From: Chiloscyllium plagiosum
Lineage: Eukaryota
DNA: 41,846 nucleotides
Reading direction: 5' to 3'
Assembly: GCF_004010195.1 (NCBI RefSeq)
Contig: NW_025214872.1
Span: 11,671-53,516 of the forward strand
Within the stretch, counting starts at the first letter, position 1, and each line of letters begins with the position of its first letter. The position numbers were made by a program, and so were the translations under genes. Positions 21,722 through 34,205 of this stretch are shown here, piece by piece. The notes beneath the pieces are model-generated. The model did not search any database. It was given only the letters and a program-made list of their open reading frames with translations, and had not been told where the DNA came from.

Positions 21722-23364
21722 TGCTGAAAATGTGTTGCGGGAAAAGCGCAGCGGGTCAGGTAGCATCCAAGGAACAGGAGAGCCGACGTTTCGGGCATAA
21801 GCCCTTCTTCAGGAATGAGGAAAGTGTGTCCAGCAGGCTAAGATAAAAGGTAGGGAGGAGGGACTTGGGGGAGGGGCGTTGGAAATGCGATAGGTGGAAG
21901 GAGGTCAAGGTGAGGGTGATACGCCAGAGTGGGGTGGGGGCGGAGAGGTCAGGAAGAAGATTGCAGATTAGAAAAGCGGTGCTGAGTTCGAGGGATTTGA
22001 CTGAGACAATGTGGGGGAGGGGAAATGAGGAAACTGGAGAAATCTGAGTTCATCCCTTGTGGTTGGAGGGTTCCAAGGCGGAAGATGAGGCGCTCTTCCT
22101 CCAACCGTCGTGTTGCTATGGTCTGGCGATGGAGGAGTCCAAGGACCTGCATGTCCTTGGTGGAGTGGGAAGGGGAGTTGAAGTGTTGAGCCACGGGGTG
22201 GTGCAGTTGGTTGGTCCGGGTGTCCCAGAAGTGTTCTCTGAAACGTTCTGCAAGTCGGCGGCCTGTCTCCCTAATATAGAGCAGGGCACATCGGGTGTAA
22301 CGGATGCAATAAATGATGTGTGTGGACTGTCCTGATGGCGGTTGGGGGGGCGGGGCATAAGGGCGGAGGAGCGTGAAGTGGAGGAGATTCGGTGGAGGGC
22401 ATCGTCGACTACGTCTTGGGCGAAATTGCAGTCTTTGAAGAAGGAGGCCATCTGGGTTGTATGGTATTGGAACTGTTCCTCCTGGGAGCAGATGCGGCGG
22501 AGACGAAGGAATTGGGAATATGGGATGGCGTTTTTACAGGTGGCAGGGTGGGAGGAGGTGTATTCTAGGTCGCTGTGGGAGTCGGTCGGTTTATAGTAAG
22601 TGTCCATGTTGATTCGGTCGCCCGAGGTAGAAATGGAAAGGTCTCGGAAGGGGAGGGAGGAGTCTGAGACGATCCAGGTGAATTTGACGTCGGGGTAGAA
22701 GGTGTTGGTAAAGTGGATGAACTGTTCAACCTCCTCGTGGGAGCACGAGGCAGCGCTGAAACAGTCAACGATGTAGCGGAGGAAAAGGTCGGAGGTGGTG
22801 CCAGTGTAGCTGCGGAAGATGTACTGTTTCACATATCCTACGAAGAGGAAGGCATACCTGGGGTCCATGCGGGTGCCCATGGCTACTGCTTTGGTTTGGA
22901 GGAAGTGGGAGGATTTGAAAGAGAAGTTGTTTAGGGTGAGGACCAGTTCAGTCAGTCGAAGGAGGGTGTCAGTGGAAGGGTACTGGTTGGTACGGGGGGA
23001 AAGGAAGAAGCGGAGAGATTTGAGTCCTTCGTGATGGGGGATGGAGGTGTACAGGGACTGGATGTCCATGGTGAAGATAAGGCGTTGGGGACCGGGGAAG
23101 CGAAAATCATGGATGATTGGAGGGCGTGGGTGGTGTCCCGAACGTAGGTGGGGAGTTCTTGGACTCAGGGGGACAGGACCGTGTCGTGGTATGCAGAGAT
23201 GAGTTCGGTGGTGCAGGAGCAGGCTGAGACAAAGGGTAGGCCGGGGCCGTCGGGTTTGTGGAGTTTGGGCAGGAGGTAGAAACGGGCGGTGCGTGGTGGT
23301 GGGACTATGAGGTTGGTGGAGGTGATGAAGTTATGGGTGGCCTGGGAGCTGATGGTGTGGTGGT
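21722..23364 (-). mobile_element. Penelope-like element (Neptune-type), RT + GIY-YIG, internally deleted, runs into gap
   Basis: RFYLLPKLHK, MDIQSLYTSIPH, AMGTRM, LRYIVD (YIDD), YYKPTDSH, IPYSQFLRLRRICS; GIY-YIG IYCIRYTRCALLYIRET..RFREH; LGTLQPQGMN; deletion at ~22330. Confidence 0.93.
21781..21816 (-). ncRNA. Minimal type I hammerhead ribozyme motif in the Penelope 3' repeat
   Basis: Minus strand attc-CTGAAGA-a-GGGC-ttat-GCCC-GAAA-CGTC: both core boxes, 4-bp stem II, palindromic ACGT stem III; stem I is weak. Confidence 0.65.
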
Positions 23365-24409
23365 NNNNNNNNNNNNNNNNNNNNNNNNNNNNNNNNNNNN
23401 NNNNNNNNNNNNNNNNNNNNNNNNNNNNNNNNNNNNNNNNNNNNNNNNNNNNNNNNNNNNNNNNNNNNNNNNNNNNNNNNNNNNNNNNNNNNNNNNNNNN
23501 NNNNNNNNNNNNNNNNNNNNNNNNNNNNNNNNNNNNNNNNNNNNNNNNNNNNNNNNNNNNNNNNNNNNNNNNNNNNNNNNNNNNNNNNNNNNNNNNNNNN
23601 NNNNNNNNNNNNNNNNNNNNNNNNNNNNNNNNNNNNNNNNNNNNNNNNNNNNNNNNNNNNNNNNNNNNNNNNNNNNNNNNNNNNNNNNNNNNNNNNNNNN
23701 NNNNNNNNNNNNNNNNNNNNNNNNNNNNNNNNNNNNNNNNNNNNNNNNNNNNNNNNNNNNNNNNNNNNNNNNNNNNNNNNNNNNNNNNNNNNNNNNNNNN
23801 NNNNNNNNNNNNNNNNNNNNNNNNNNNNNNNNNNNNNNNNNNNNNNNNNNNNNNNNNNNNNNNNNNNNNNNNNNNNNNNNNNNNNNNNNNNNNNNNNNNN
23901 NNNNNNNNNNNNNNNNNNNNNNNNNNNNNNNNNNNNNNNNNNNNNNNNNNNNNNNNNNNNNNNNNNNNNNNNNNNNNNNNNNNNNNNNNNNNNNNNNNNN
24001 NNNNNNNNNNNNNNNNNNNNNNNNNNNNNNNNNNNNNNNNNNNNNNNNNNNNNNNNNNNNNNNNNNNNNNNNNNNNNNNNNNNNNNNNNNNNNNNNNNNN
24101 NNNNNNNNNNNNNNNNNNNNNNNNNNNNNNNNNNNNNNNNNNNNNNNNNNNNNNNNNNNNNNNNNNNNNNNNNNNNNNNNNNNNNNNNNNNNNNNNNNNN
24201 NNNNNNNNNNNNNNNNNNNNNNNNNNNNNNNNNNNNNNNNNNNNNNNNNNNNNNNNNNNNNNNNNNNNNNNNNNNNNNNNNNNNNNNTATCGAAATTTAT
24301 GGAACACGACTGTTCACGGACTTCCAGTCTTTAAAGTAGTCCCCTATCACCACACTCTGTCTCCTACTTACGATTTGCTTTTGCAGCCAAATGGCTACAT
24401 CTCCCTGTT

Positions 24410-25750
24410 CTGAATGTAGGTTTGTTCACTGAGTTGGAAGGGTCGTTCGCAGACGTTTCATCACCATACTATGCATCGTCTTTAGCGATCCTCACGATGA
24501 AGCACTGGTGCGATAGCTCGTTTTCTAATTATGTGTCTGGGAATCCTGGTTTTTGATTACATTTGCTGTGCTGTTCATTCTCTCAGGAAATGCTAAATGG
24601 GATCCAGGCGAACTTGTTTGTTGATAGAGTTCCAGTTGGAATGCAATGCTTCCAGGAATTCTCGTGCATATCTCTGTATGGCTTGCACGATGATGGATGT
24701 GTTGTTCCAGTCGAAGTATTGTCCTTCCTCATCTGGATCTAAGAATGTCAGTGAGAGTGGGCCATATCTTTTTGGAACGAGTTGAAGCTCATGTGTTCTG
24801 GTGGCTATTTCTCTTTGTATTTATCCAATGTCGTATTTGTTGCAGTTCATGCAGCATATTTTGAAAATGATATAAGATTTGCCCGATGCCTCTAAAGGGT
24901 GTTTCATATTCATTAGCTGCTGTGTTAGTGTGTTGGTGGATTTTAGGGTTTTATGATGCAAAAGGTCTGAGTAGTCTGACAGTAATTTCCGAGATGTATT
25001 GAATGTATTGGAGAGTGGCTCGGCTTTCTGGACGTGTTTGGTCTGCTTTTTTTGGGATTGTTGCTGAGAAACCAGCGGTTTGTGATTATTGGGTACTCAT
25101 TTTTTGAATACACTGTCTAGGTGATTTACCTCTGCTCTTTGTAGTTTTTCTTTGCTGCAGTGTGTGATGGCTCGTTGAAATAATATTGTAATGCATCTTC
25201 GTTTGTGGATGTTGGGATGCTTGCTTCAGTAGTTCACTATTTGCTTCGTATGTGTTGTTTTCCTGCAGATTCTGGTTTGAACTTCCACATTGGCTGTTCG
25301 CTCTACTGTGACATCTAGGAAGGTCAGTTTGTTTTTGTTTTCCTCCTCTTTCGTGAAGTTTATGCTGGTAAGCTTTTTATTGAACACCTTGAAGGTTTAT
25401 TCTAATTTGCTTCGTTTAGTGATGACAAATGTGGCATCCACAAAGCGGACCCAAAATTTGGGTTGGTTTGACGGCAGAGCTGTCTGTTCGAGTCTCTGCA
25501 TTATTTCCTCTGTTAAAATTCCTAACATTGGAGGTCCCGTTGGTGCTCAGTTGGTTTGTCTGTAGTTTTCTTTTTGTTGAAGGTGAAGTGGGTTTTAAGG
25601 GATAGGTCTCGTAGCTATAAAATATTTTCCTTGCTGATGAAGTTGCTGGAGTTTGGTGTATGTGTCTTTAGTTCTTCTTTTAGTGTAGTCCAGGTTGATG
25701 TTGTTAGATATGAATAGGGCTGTTATGTCAAAGGGTTTTGTTAAAGAGAA
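24410..25750 (-). mobile_element. Decayed Penelope-like element (Poseidon-type), 3' half
   Basis: Minus strand FDITALF, QPKFWVRFVDATFVI (YVDD-like), FTKEEE..LTFLDV, GIY-YIG remnants, and a terminal repeat ending gaaacgtctg near 24450. Confidence 0.85.
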
Positions 25751-25754
25751 ATCA

Positions 25755-26922
25755 ATACCATCCGACAGAGCGCTACCCGCGAACAGCTGTCCTTCCTGCA
25801 CGAATGCCTAATGAAACAAGTATTACATAAATGTCTTAAATAGTATCTTAGTATCCATCTGAGTAAGAGGATTAAATATAGTCCACATTGAAGACCCTAC
25901 GTGCCAAAAGAATGACAGAGTAAAATTACCACTTTATGCTTCAGGATATGCTTTTAATAAGGCCCACAACAGACTCCATAAATACAACTGGGAAGATTTG
26001 TGACAAAAATCTTCACTCTCTAATGTAACGGGCTGTGAATGGAGAGAACACGTTGAACCTGCTGTCGACATTAGACAACGACAAACACAAAAAACATGGA
26101 AAACTAGATCTACAGAAACACGTAAACAAAATTACACAAAATAACAACACAGAGAGCACAGATGCAAGGATTTAAAAACACTTATCTTAACAATCCTGAA
26201 TACACATTGAAAAAAACATCTTAGTAACAGGATTAGGATTCAGACAAGAGCGATTTATTAACAACATTCGAAACCACATTGAATGGCAGCCAACTCAAAC
26301 AATAAACCAAGCAAACCATCGGATAGACAGTCGCTCCAACAGAAGCTGGAAAAGGAAGGAAACACACTCAATCCACAGGAAAGGAGCGCACTAGAAAAAT
26401 GACAATAAAGATAAAATCATTATTATTCCAACTGCACAAAAAAGACGATTGACAGTCATTTTAAATCAAAGATCCTACATTGACAAAGCGAACGCACTAT
26501 TTCAGATACCAACACTTAACAACAAGTGCCGATAGACACGACCCCACAACGAGAGAACCGAATCACAGCCCTATACAAAAACCTTCTGAAATCTGGAGAA
26601 CTAATTAAGACCGTCTTCCAAAAAATGAAACCTGACGGATCCAACACACCACGCTACAACGGATTGCACAAAATACACAAACCAGGAGAATTCTGAGACC
26701 CATAGTCTCGCTACCTGGAACACCAACTTACAGGCTGGCCAAAGAGCTACAACAACGTTTAAAAAACTTAGTAGAAGACACTTGCCATTCCATCCACTCC
26801 ACCCAAAACTTCCTGAAGACTTTTAAAGACAGCAAGATAGATGAGGATGAAAAATGGTCTACTTTGACTGAACCGCCCTGTTGACATCCATCAAAGTCAA
26901 ACTGGACAAGGAAACACTAACG
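25755..26922 (+). mobile_element. Decayed Penelope-like element (Poseidon-type), 5' half, opposite orientation
   Basis: TPRYNGLHKIHKPG, RPIVSLPGTPTYRLAKEL, HSIHSTQNFL, FD*TALLTSI..KETL. Confidence 0.85.
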
Positions 26923-26939
26923 GCACCCAAATGAACAGG

Positions 26940-28230
26940 GTCCACGTTTTCTCATCAACAACGTTTTCTATTTCATACACAGTAACACCCCAATCCCTTT
27001 GTGCTGCAATTTCCTTTGATTTCCTCCACATTAAATACTAGCTTGACTTGCGCTTCTCAGTGCCAAAGTACATGACCTCTTGCTTAGTTTTTACAATAAA
27101 CTCTATCTGTGAATTATTTGCCCACTCACTCAGCGTATCTACTTTCACTTTGAGATTTCTCTCATCATAACTACAACAAGCCTTCCCTCATATATTTTGT
27201 TCAAAGGCAAACTTAGATATTTATCGCACTAAGCACCCACTGATGCCATAACAATGATATTTGTGATTATCCAGGAGATACATTATCCATCATTCTGGGA
27301 GCTCCAGTCTTGTGTAGGACCCTTTATTTTGTAGTACCTGAAGATCGTCTCTTGAAACCCTAATGAAATCTCTGCAAGGATTTCGAGTAAAATATCGCAT
27401 ACATCGACAGGGCAAACATCATCTCCCTTTCGCAAAACCATGTTGATTCTGCCGAAAGCTTGTCAAAATGCCCTGGAAATCCTTAAAAGAAAAATATGGT
27501 CTAACATGATTCCCTGTTTTCTGTCTCGCTGTCTTGTGGAAGGCAGGTTCGACAGTGGAGATTCTTCAGTTTCGTTGGAATACTCTCGTAATCTGGCCAG
27601 TTATGGAATATTTCACGCAATGCCGTCAGTTACTATGTAACCACTTCTTTTAAAACTGTGGATCAGTTGCTGCCAACTTGTCTATCTTTAGTTTCCCTGT
27701 TTTATCAAAATCATTGTTCCTTTGTGAGGGACCATTTGAGTACTTGCCTCCTATTAACACCTTGCTTATATAATTGAAATACACAGAGATTCCCCCTGTG
27801 AACAACAATGTTACGTAGGTTTAAATTCTCCACATTTTCCCTTTTAACGAATTCCCTAATCACATACTCCAGGTCTCCTGTATATACATTCCTGACTTTC
27901 TCGCTTCCAAGTGTCAAACATTAATCTTGAACTACAATAAACATGGAAAATCCGTCCGACACGAGTTCTCAACAAATTGTGATTGAGGAGATCCTTGACA
28001 GCCTTTGTGAACTATCAGTAGTTCATCTTCTTATCGAGTCTTTCTTTTCAAACAGAAACAATTATTGCTGAGCGTTATGAAATGTTTGCTGAAGTGTCCA
28101 CCTGTCTTCACACACTGATATTCTCCTGAATATATTTTCACATCCAACATAAGGTAGAAAACTGCAATTTCGATGTCTGATTGTTTTCAATCATTTGCAT
28201 GCGGCTGAACATTTTATCATCTGAAAGTGA
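26940..28230 (-). mobile_element. Highly decayed CR1-like fragments
   Basis: ttgcccactcactcagcgtatc, aaaaccatgttgatt (reverse of SQHGF-like) in collinear order. Confidence 0.55.
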
Positions 28231-28239
28231 CAAAATTTC

Positions 28240-29620
28240 CCAGTTTCTGTTCCCTCTGTCATTTCCGTTTAAATGATTCCATATTTCAAGAGCAAGCGTC
28301 CTACATGACTTCCTTTTCTGTCAATGACAAATCCCCCTAACTCTAGTGGACATGACCTTCAGCTGTTCCCGTCCTATCTTCTGCTACTAACCCCTCAGCC
28401 TTCCCCGCCTGCCCAGAACAATGACAGAGATTCCCTCGTCCTCACATTCGACTGCACTAGAATCAACATTCAGAGGACCATCCTCCACAACTTCCCACTC
28501 CACCAGCAGGACAGCACCATCAAACACCTCTTCCAGTTCCATCCACTGTTGGTAATTCACAGGGACCATTTCCTCTGTGACACCCTCCATCCTGGCGAAA
28601 GAGAGGACTGCAGAATTTGGAGATTAGAGTCGAGAATGTGGCGCTGTAAAGGCACAGCAGGTCAGGCAGCATCCGAGGAGCAGGGAAATCGACGTTTCGG
28701 GCAAAAGCGCTTCAGCAGGAATGAGGCTGAGTGCCTCTGGGGTGGAGAGATAAAACGTCGATTTCCGTGCTCTTCGGATGCTGCCTGAATGGCTGTGCTT
28801 TTCCAGCACCACACTTTTGACACCTTCCACCACCCCAAACATTTCCCTCCTCCCCCATCGCACTTTTCATGCAATTGCAGAAGATGCAACGCTTTCGTCT
28901 TCACCGTTACCCATTATCCTGTCCAAGGCCCATACCTTTTAGATGAAGCAGTATTTCATTTGTTTCAATCCAGTCCACTGTAATTGTTGCTCACAATGCA
29001 GTCTCCTTTACTTTGCTGAGGCTGAGAAAAAAGACTGCTTGAGGAGCAATTCCATCTGTCTGTAAGAATAAACCTGGCCTTCTCATTGCTTCACACTTCA
29101 ATAATCTACCTTGCTCTCATGCTGACATTTCGGTCCTGTTTTCCAATTAAGCACAACCCAAGCTCTAGTAAGACCTCACTTTACATTTAGGTACGTTCTA
29201 GCCTGACGGAGTTAATATTCAATTCCGAAACTTCAAGGTCTTATTCCCATCATGACTGTTCTCCATTTTTCATACATTCACCCTCTTCATTTCGCTTATA
29301 AATTGTGTGGCTGAGTCTTGTTTATCTTTCATTCCAAAGACAGAACGTCTTTGCCCCATTCATTCACACCTTAATTTACATTAATCTAACATCTATATCT
29401 CTTTCACCACAATTGAAAGCCCACTGTTTTGTGGAATTGCTCCTCCCTGTGCTGTGTTGCCCGCCATCCAAACCACCCTCCCCCGCCACCTCTGTGAAGG
29501 CATTAAAAAGCCGATTTTCCAATTCTTTTTTTCATTTCTGAAGAAGTATTACACTGGATGTGAAATATTAAATGTTTTTCTCTGTCTCTACAGATGCTGC
29601 CAGACCTGCTGAGTTTCTGC
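28240..29620 (+). mobile_element. Old Penelope-like element (Neptune-type), 3' half
   Basis: SQFL, DRDSLVLTF, IQRTILHNF, RDHFLCDTL, CNCRRCN Cys-rich linker, VHCNCCSQCSLLYFAE (GIY-YIG-like), PDGVNIQF, terminal ctgaagaag..cagatgctgccagacctgctgag. Confidence 0.82.
28590..28817. mobile_element. Penelope terminal-repeat insertion with two inverted partial copies
   Basis: gcacagcaggtcaggcagcatccgaggagcagggaaatcgacgttt followed by aaacgtcgatttccgtgctcttcggatgctgcctgaatggctgtgc; flanked by tgacaccctcca and tgacaccttcca. Confidence 0.85.
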
Positions 29621-30249
29621 AGACTATAATGGGCACAGAACAAAATTTCAATTAAACAAGTAGCTATGGAGATCGGAAAAGAAAATGAAAATAGCTGGAG
29701 AAACTGGAAGCGAAGAGGAATGCTCCCTGGATTTGAATGACTAACTCTGCTATTACTCCACAGATGCGGTCAGACTTGCTTCGGTTCTCCAACAATTGCT
29801 GCTGTTGAACAAGTTTCAAAGGCGTGTGTCAGAGCTCCTGAAACACCCTGACGCACATGGAGTGTCATACTATGGAAAGTGAGCGATACCACAAGGTGCA
29901 CAAATTCATTGATTCTGAATTTGGTATCACTGACAGCACAGAGCTCTTAACCACGGACGAGAAGAGAAACAGAGGGAAATACATTGACATCAATCTTCTC
30001 ACAAACTTTGAACATTCACATTAAATACAGAAGATATGCCTCCTGGAAGGGAAAAGATTCAGATGATATGTCAAATGGTTTTGAGGAATGAGTCAAACTG
30101 GATGCGTGACACCATGGCGAGATGCTAACAGAATGAGAATATTAAAATAACCACATCAGAGTCCAGAGTAGGTCACTGAGCTCAGGATTAATGGGTGAAG
30201 GGCTCTTGGTCTAAACTGCGGGACAGCCAATACAATGGTATTACAGGTA

Positions 30250-30660
30250 TTGCAGCTCAGAACTCGGCATTCATGTGCTGCTGTAGAAGCCATCAGCAGC
30301 AGCAGCAGAATTGTGTTCAATCACAAACTGTAACATTTTCCCCAGGGATAATTCCTTAGCCTACCATTAACATCAACTGATCTATTCTTCAGTGATGAGT
30401 GTGGTGACCATGCATGTGTCAGAACCATACGTACTTAAAAATATTTACAGTTCTGTACAACTAACGCACCTGATTGCTTACATTCCTAGATGCAAAACCA
30501 ACATCTGTTGTGCTGGGAGTTTCAGTCAATTGTATGGATAAGCATTGGGGAATGACCACATAAAAAAAATCTGATCAGATCGAAGCTGTGCTGTGCTGCC
30601 ACATACAGTCATAAATGGAGATGTACTATGCAACATCTGACTGGAGAACAGGCGTCCATG
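30250..30660 (+). mobile_element. Decayed LINE fragment related to 10120-10920
   Basis: ggcattcatgtgctgctgtagaagccatcagcagcagcagcagaatt resembles ggcattcatgaggcactgtgggctaccagcagctgcaaaat at ~10770. Confidence 0.5.
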
Positions 30661-30761
30661 TTGTTTTTTACTACTCAGAGGTTTACCATATCGTTGGTTG
30701 TACCATCATTTGCTGCCCATATCTAATTGACAAGAGGGAAATTCAGGGTCAAACACATTGT

Positions 30762-31049
30762 TTAGATTAGACTACTTACAGTGTGGAAACAGGCCCTTCG
30801 GCCCAACAAGTCCACACCGACCCGACGAAGCACACGCACCCAGACCCATTGCCCTACATTTGCACCTGCACCTAACACTACGGGCAATTTAGCATGGTCA
30901 ATTCACCGAACCTGCACATTTTTGGGCGGTGGGAGGAAACCGGAGCACCCGGAGGAAACCCACACAGACACGGGGAGAATGTGCAAACTCCACACAGTCA
31001 ATCGCCTGAGGCGGGAGTTGAACCCAGGTCTCTGGCACTGTGAGGCAGC
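30762..31049 (-). mobile_element. Young HE1-type SINE (head cut by gap)
   Basis: Reverse complement of 2650-2920, including B box gggttcaactccc. Confidence 0.93.
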
Positions 31050-31672
31050 NNNNNNNNNNNNNNNNNNNNNNNNNNNNNNNNNNNNNNNNNNNNNNNNNNN
31101 NNNNNNNNNNNNNNNNNNNNNNNNNNNNNNNNNNNNNNNNNNNNNNNNNNNNNNNNNNNNNNNNNNNNNNNNNNNNNNNNNNNNNNNNNNNNNNNNNNNN
31201 NNNNNNNNNNNNNNNNNNNNNNNNNNNNNNNNNNNNNNNNNNNNNNNNNNNNNNNNNNNNNNNNNNNNNNNNNNNNNNNNNNNNNNNNNNNNNNNNNNNN
31301 NNNNNNNNNNNNNNNNNNNNNNNNNNNNNNNNNNNNNNNNNNNNNNNNNNNNNNNNNNNNNNNNNNNNNNNNNNNNNNNNNNNNNNNNNNNNNNNNNNNN
31401 NNNNNNNNNNNNNNNNNNNNNNNNNNNNNNNNNNNNNNNNNNNNNNNNNNNNNNNNNNNNNNNNNNNNNNNNNNNNNNNNNNNNNNNNNNNNNNNNNNNN
31501 NNNNNNNNNNNNNNNNNNNNNNNNNNNNNNNNNNNNNNNNNNNNNNNNNNNNNNNNNNNNNNNNNNNNNNNNNNNNNNNNNNNNNNNNNNNNNNNNNNNN
31601 NNNNNNNNNNNNNNNNNNNNNNNNNNNNNNNNNNNNNNNNNNNNNNNNNNNNNNNNNNNNNNNNNNNNNNNN

Positions 31673-33070
31673 TAAAGCCATTGGAATGCAATTCTATACT
31701 TCCAGTTTTAAAGTGGAAAAATGCATGATCTCCCAGGCAATCAATATGTCGATTTCTGCTTCCTCTGATATTCGGTATCTAGTGTATCTGGTCCGTCAGA
31801 TTTATCAATGCTCAATAAAGCTATATTTCCAATTACTACCTCGTCACTGATATAAATGCTTGGGTTTTAGTTACATAGGTTCCTGCGCCATGCGTTGTTC
31901 CTGGGAGATTTTCTAGACCTTCCTCCATGAACACAGTCACAATGTAACAGTTTAATTGCTCTGTCATTTTTCTGTTCACTATAATATATTATCGTGCTCG
32001 CACATTCACTGCTCCACATTTAGAGTTCTTTTATTCTCCTCTCAAGTATTGATAGAAGCTTTTCGTCAGTCTTTATGTTTCTTGTTATTCTGCATCCTTG
32101 TTTTCATTTTTTGATTTCCTTATCTGTTTCTTGATCCTTCATTGTTAGTCCCAAATTTCACTGAATTCAAATTGTCTGACATTTTCTGAGCCATTTCTTT
32201 TGATCTCATAACATTTTCAGCTTTTGTTGTTAACCATTATTCCATCACCTTTCTCTTTTGCTATTTGCACCCTCAAGGGATAGATGCACACTTTGTACCC
32301 TGGAGTGTTTCAGTAAGTAACAGTCATTGTCTGTCTTTGTGAAACCTTTTACAAGTTCATATCCAATTAATTGAAGCCATCATGTTCTTCATTCCTTCTT
32401 GGCTTACGTGACTCAGGCACTTGCAATTGAAAAACAAATCTGGTTTGTGTTCAGACGTCATGTCAATTTCTTTATTCCCAATAGCTCCTTTACAGCAAGG
32501 TTTTCAATTAGCTCTTTTCATGACAGAACAGCAATTCCAAAACAACCTGATCTGAAATTTTGTGCTCAACAGATTGTGAAAGGGAAGTATTTCATTCATG
32601 CTCATGATATCCATTTCTCCTTGAATTAGCATTCCCATGGTTTAATACAGGTTTGACGCAAATTGAATTGCTTCTTCATTTCTGTTGTACCCACAAACTG
32701 GTTTATCTAATTTCCTGATTTATACCATGCCCAACTTTCGCACTGCAGCTTATTTTTTACTATGCAACTCCCCTCAATATTTGCTTCCTCTTGCTTCTTC
32801 TAATCTCCACCTTATCAGATTCAGTGGAGTCTGAGTGACGTGATCTCTGGGTAATTGACAGGAGATAGAGGGAAGCTGATTGGCAAGTCTGACCCCAGCA
32901 TTGATATCATGTTGCAACATCATATCTCTTTTCTCAAGTGTCCATGTGAAATGTTTACCAGATCTGCTGTTATTCTGGTGGAGCCGGCAAAGACAATGAC
33001 CTTTCAACAACGCTGTGTGTTCCCCCAGAGAGCTGCAATTGTTCTAACTTGTCTGCTGGGAACCTTTCAG
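31673..33070 (-). mobile_element. Highly decayed CR1-like ORF2 fragments (APE to linker)
   Basis: ccccagcattgatatc, tgtgttcccccagag and aaaatactgct-type remnants typical of reversed CR1 APE; weak. Confidence 0.45.
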
Positions 33071-33223
33071 TAGGCTGGCAAAATACTGCTGCTGCTGCAC
33101 AGGATCGTTGTGAAGTCACAATTGGAGCAGTTTGTACAGATTTAACTGCCTCACTGAGGAAAGGACATTTGAATTAACTCAGAGATTATTCCCTCAGAGT
33201 ATTTCTGAAACAACGGTGTTCAT

Positions 33224-33572
33224 CATAGAATCATTACAGTTTGGAAGCAGGATATTTGACACACCTACTTCACACTAATCCTCCACAGGCAATTCCATGC
33301 ACACTCACACCCTACCAAATCTCTGTCACTCTGCATTTTCCATCGTTAATGCACCCAGCCTGCACGTCCCCGGATATTGCAGATAACTTAGTTTGACCAA
33401 TCCCTAGGAGCTGGTCGTCTTGGGACTGTGTGGGGAAGGTGGAAAATTTGCGGAATCCCACACAGGCAAGGTGAGAATTTGCAAAATCCACTCAGACAGC
33501 AACCTATGACTGGAATTGAACTCCGGTCTTTGACATTGCGAAGCAGTAGAGCTAACCACTGAGCTACCCTCC
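33224..33572 (-). mobile_element. Decayed HE1-type SINE
   Basis: catagaatcattacagtttggaagcagg tail; tgggactgtg..gagaatttgcaaaatccac; ggaattgaac (B box); gctaaccactgagctacc (A box). Confidence 0.82.
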
Positions 33573-33617
33573 GTGGACGAAGGAACGCTACTGCACAATG
33601 AAGCATCAGCAAAGCCT

Positions 33618-33690
33618 TGTTTCTGCCCAGTATCGGAAAGGAAAACTTTCCTATATGAATTGAATCTGACAACCACTACACCATAGAAAC
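33618..33690 (-). pseudogene. tRNA-Val (probably CAC) pseudogene
   Basis: Minus strand GTTTCTATGGTGTAGTGGTTGTCAGATTCAATTCATATAGGAAAGTTTTCCTTTCCGATACTGGGCAGAAACA, 73 nt, collinear with vertebrate tRNA-Val GTTTCCGTAGTGTAGTGGTTATCAC..CGGGCGGAAACA; anticodon and T-loop are mutated. Confidence 0.8.
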
Positions 33691-33826
33691 ACAGTGTGGC
33701 TGCTGACAACAGACGCTTCTGTGCTGTCACGCAGCATAGATCCATTTGCACGAAAAAGGTTATATTTTGTTGCGTTCAACTTGAACAGAACTCACCTGCA
33801 ACAAGATGCAACTTAACAGAATAAGT

Positions 33827-33907
33827 TGGAGCAATGCGATACAAACCCACACCTACTATGACACCAACGCCTAAATCCAGCACCTTAGCCAAATCAGCCA
33901 AGCTACC
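33827..33907 (-). pseudogene. tRNA-Leu(TAG) pseudogene
   Basis: Minus strand GGTAGCTTGGCTGATTTGGCTAAGGTGCTGGATTTAGGC..GGTGTGGGTTTGTATCGCATTGCTCCA versus tRNA-Leu GGTAGCGTGGCCGAGCGGTCTAAGGCGCTGGATTTAGGC..GGCGTGGGTTCGAATCCCACCGCTGCCA. Confidence 0.85.
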
Positions 33908-34025
33908 ACGTTGAACTGAATCCATGAGAGAGATTTTCAACCAGCTATTGAGGGTATTACTACATATTTCGCTGCACAGAGAAGTGATAAAACCAGTGAG
34001 CCATCATTTAACACTTAACACGAAA

Positions 34026-34088
34026 TTCTCTGTCTGGGAGCAAACCCAGGTAACAGGAGTGGGAGCACTGTTTCCTTTAAACACGGGA
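34026..34088 (-). pseudogene. Possible tRNA-Glu pseudogene (D-arm partly deleted)
   Basis: Minus strand AGGAAACAGTGCTCCCACTCCTGTTACCTGGGTTTGCTCCCAGACAGAGAA versus tRNA-Glu AGGATTCGGCGCTCTCACCGCCGCGGCCCGGGTTCGATTCCCGGTCAGGGAA. Confidence 0.5.
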
Positions 34089-34205
34089 ATCACGTTCAGT
34101 CAATATCTGCCTTCCTTCTACATCACCAAGTGGAATCAACATCCTGATGGAACAGCAAGATGGTGTTGAGAGAAGTTTAAGCAAGAACTGATCCATGTGA
34201 GGTGT

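Noticed and set aside
28590..28817. MITE or DNA transposon
   Set aside because: The arms match Penelope terminal repeats seen at 21722-21815 and are of unequal extent.
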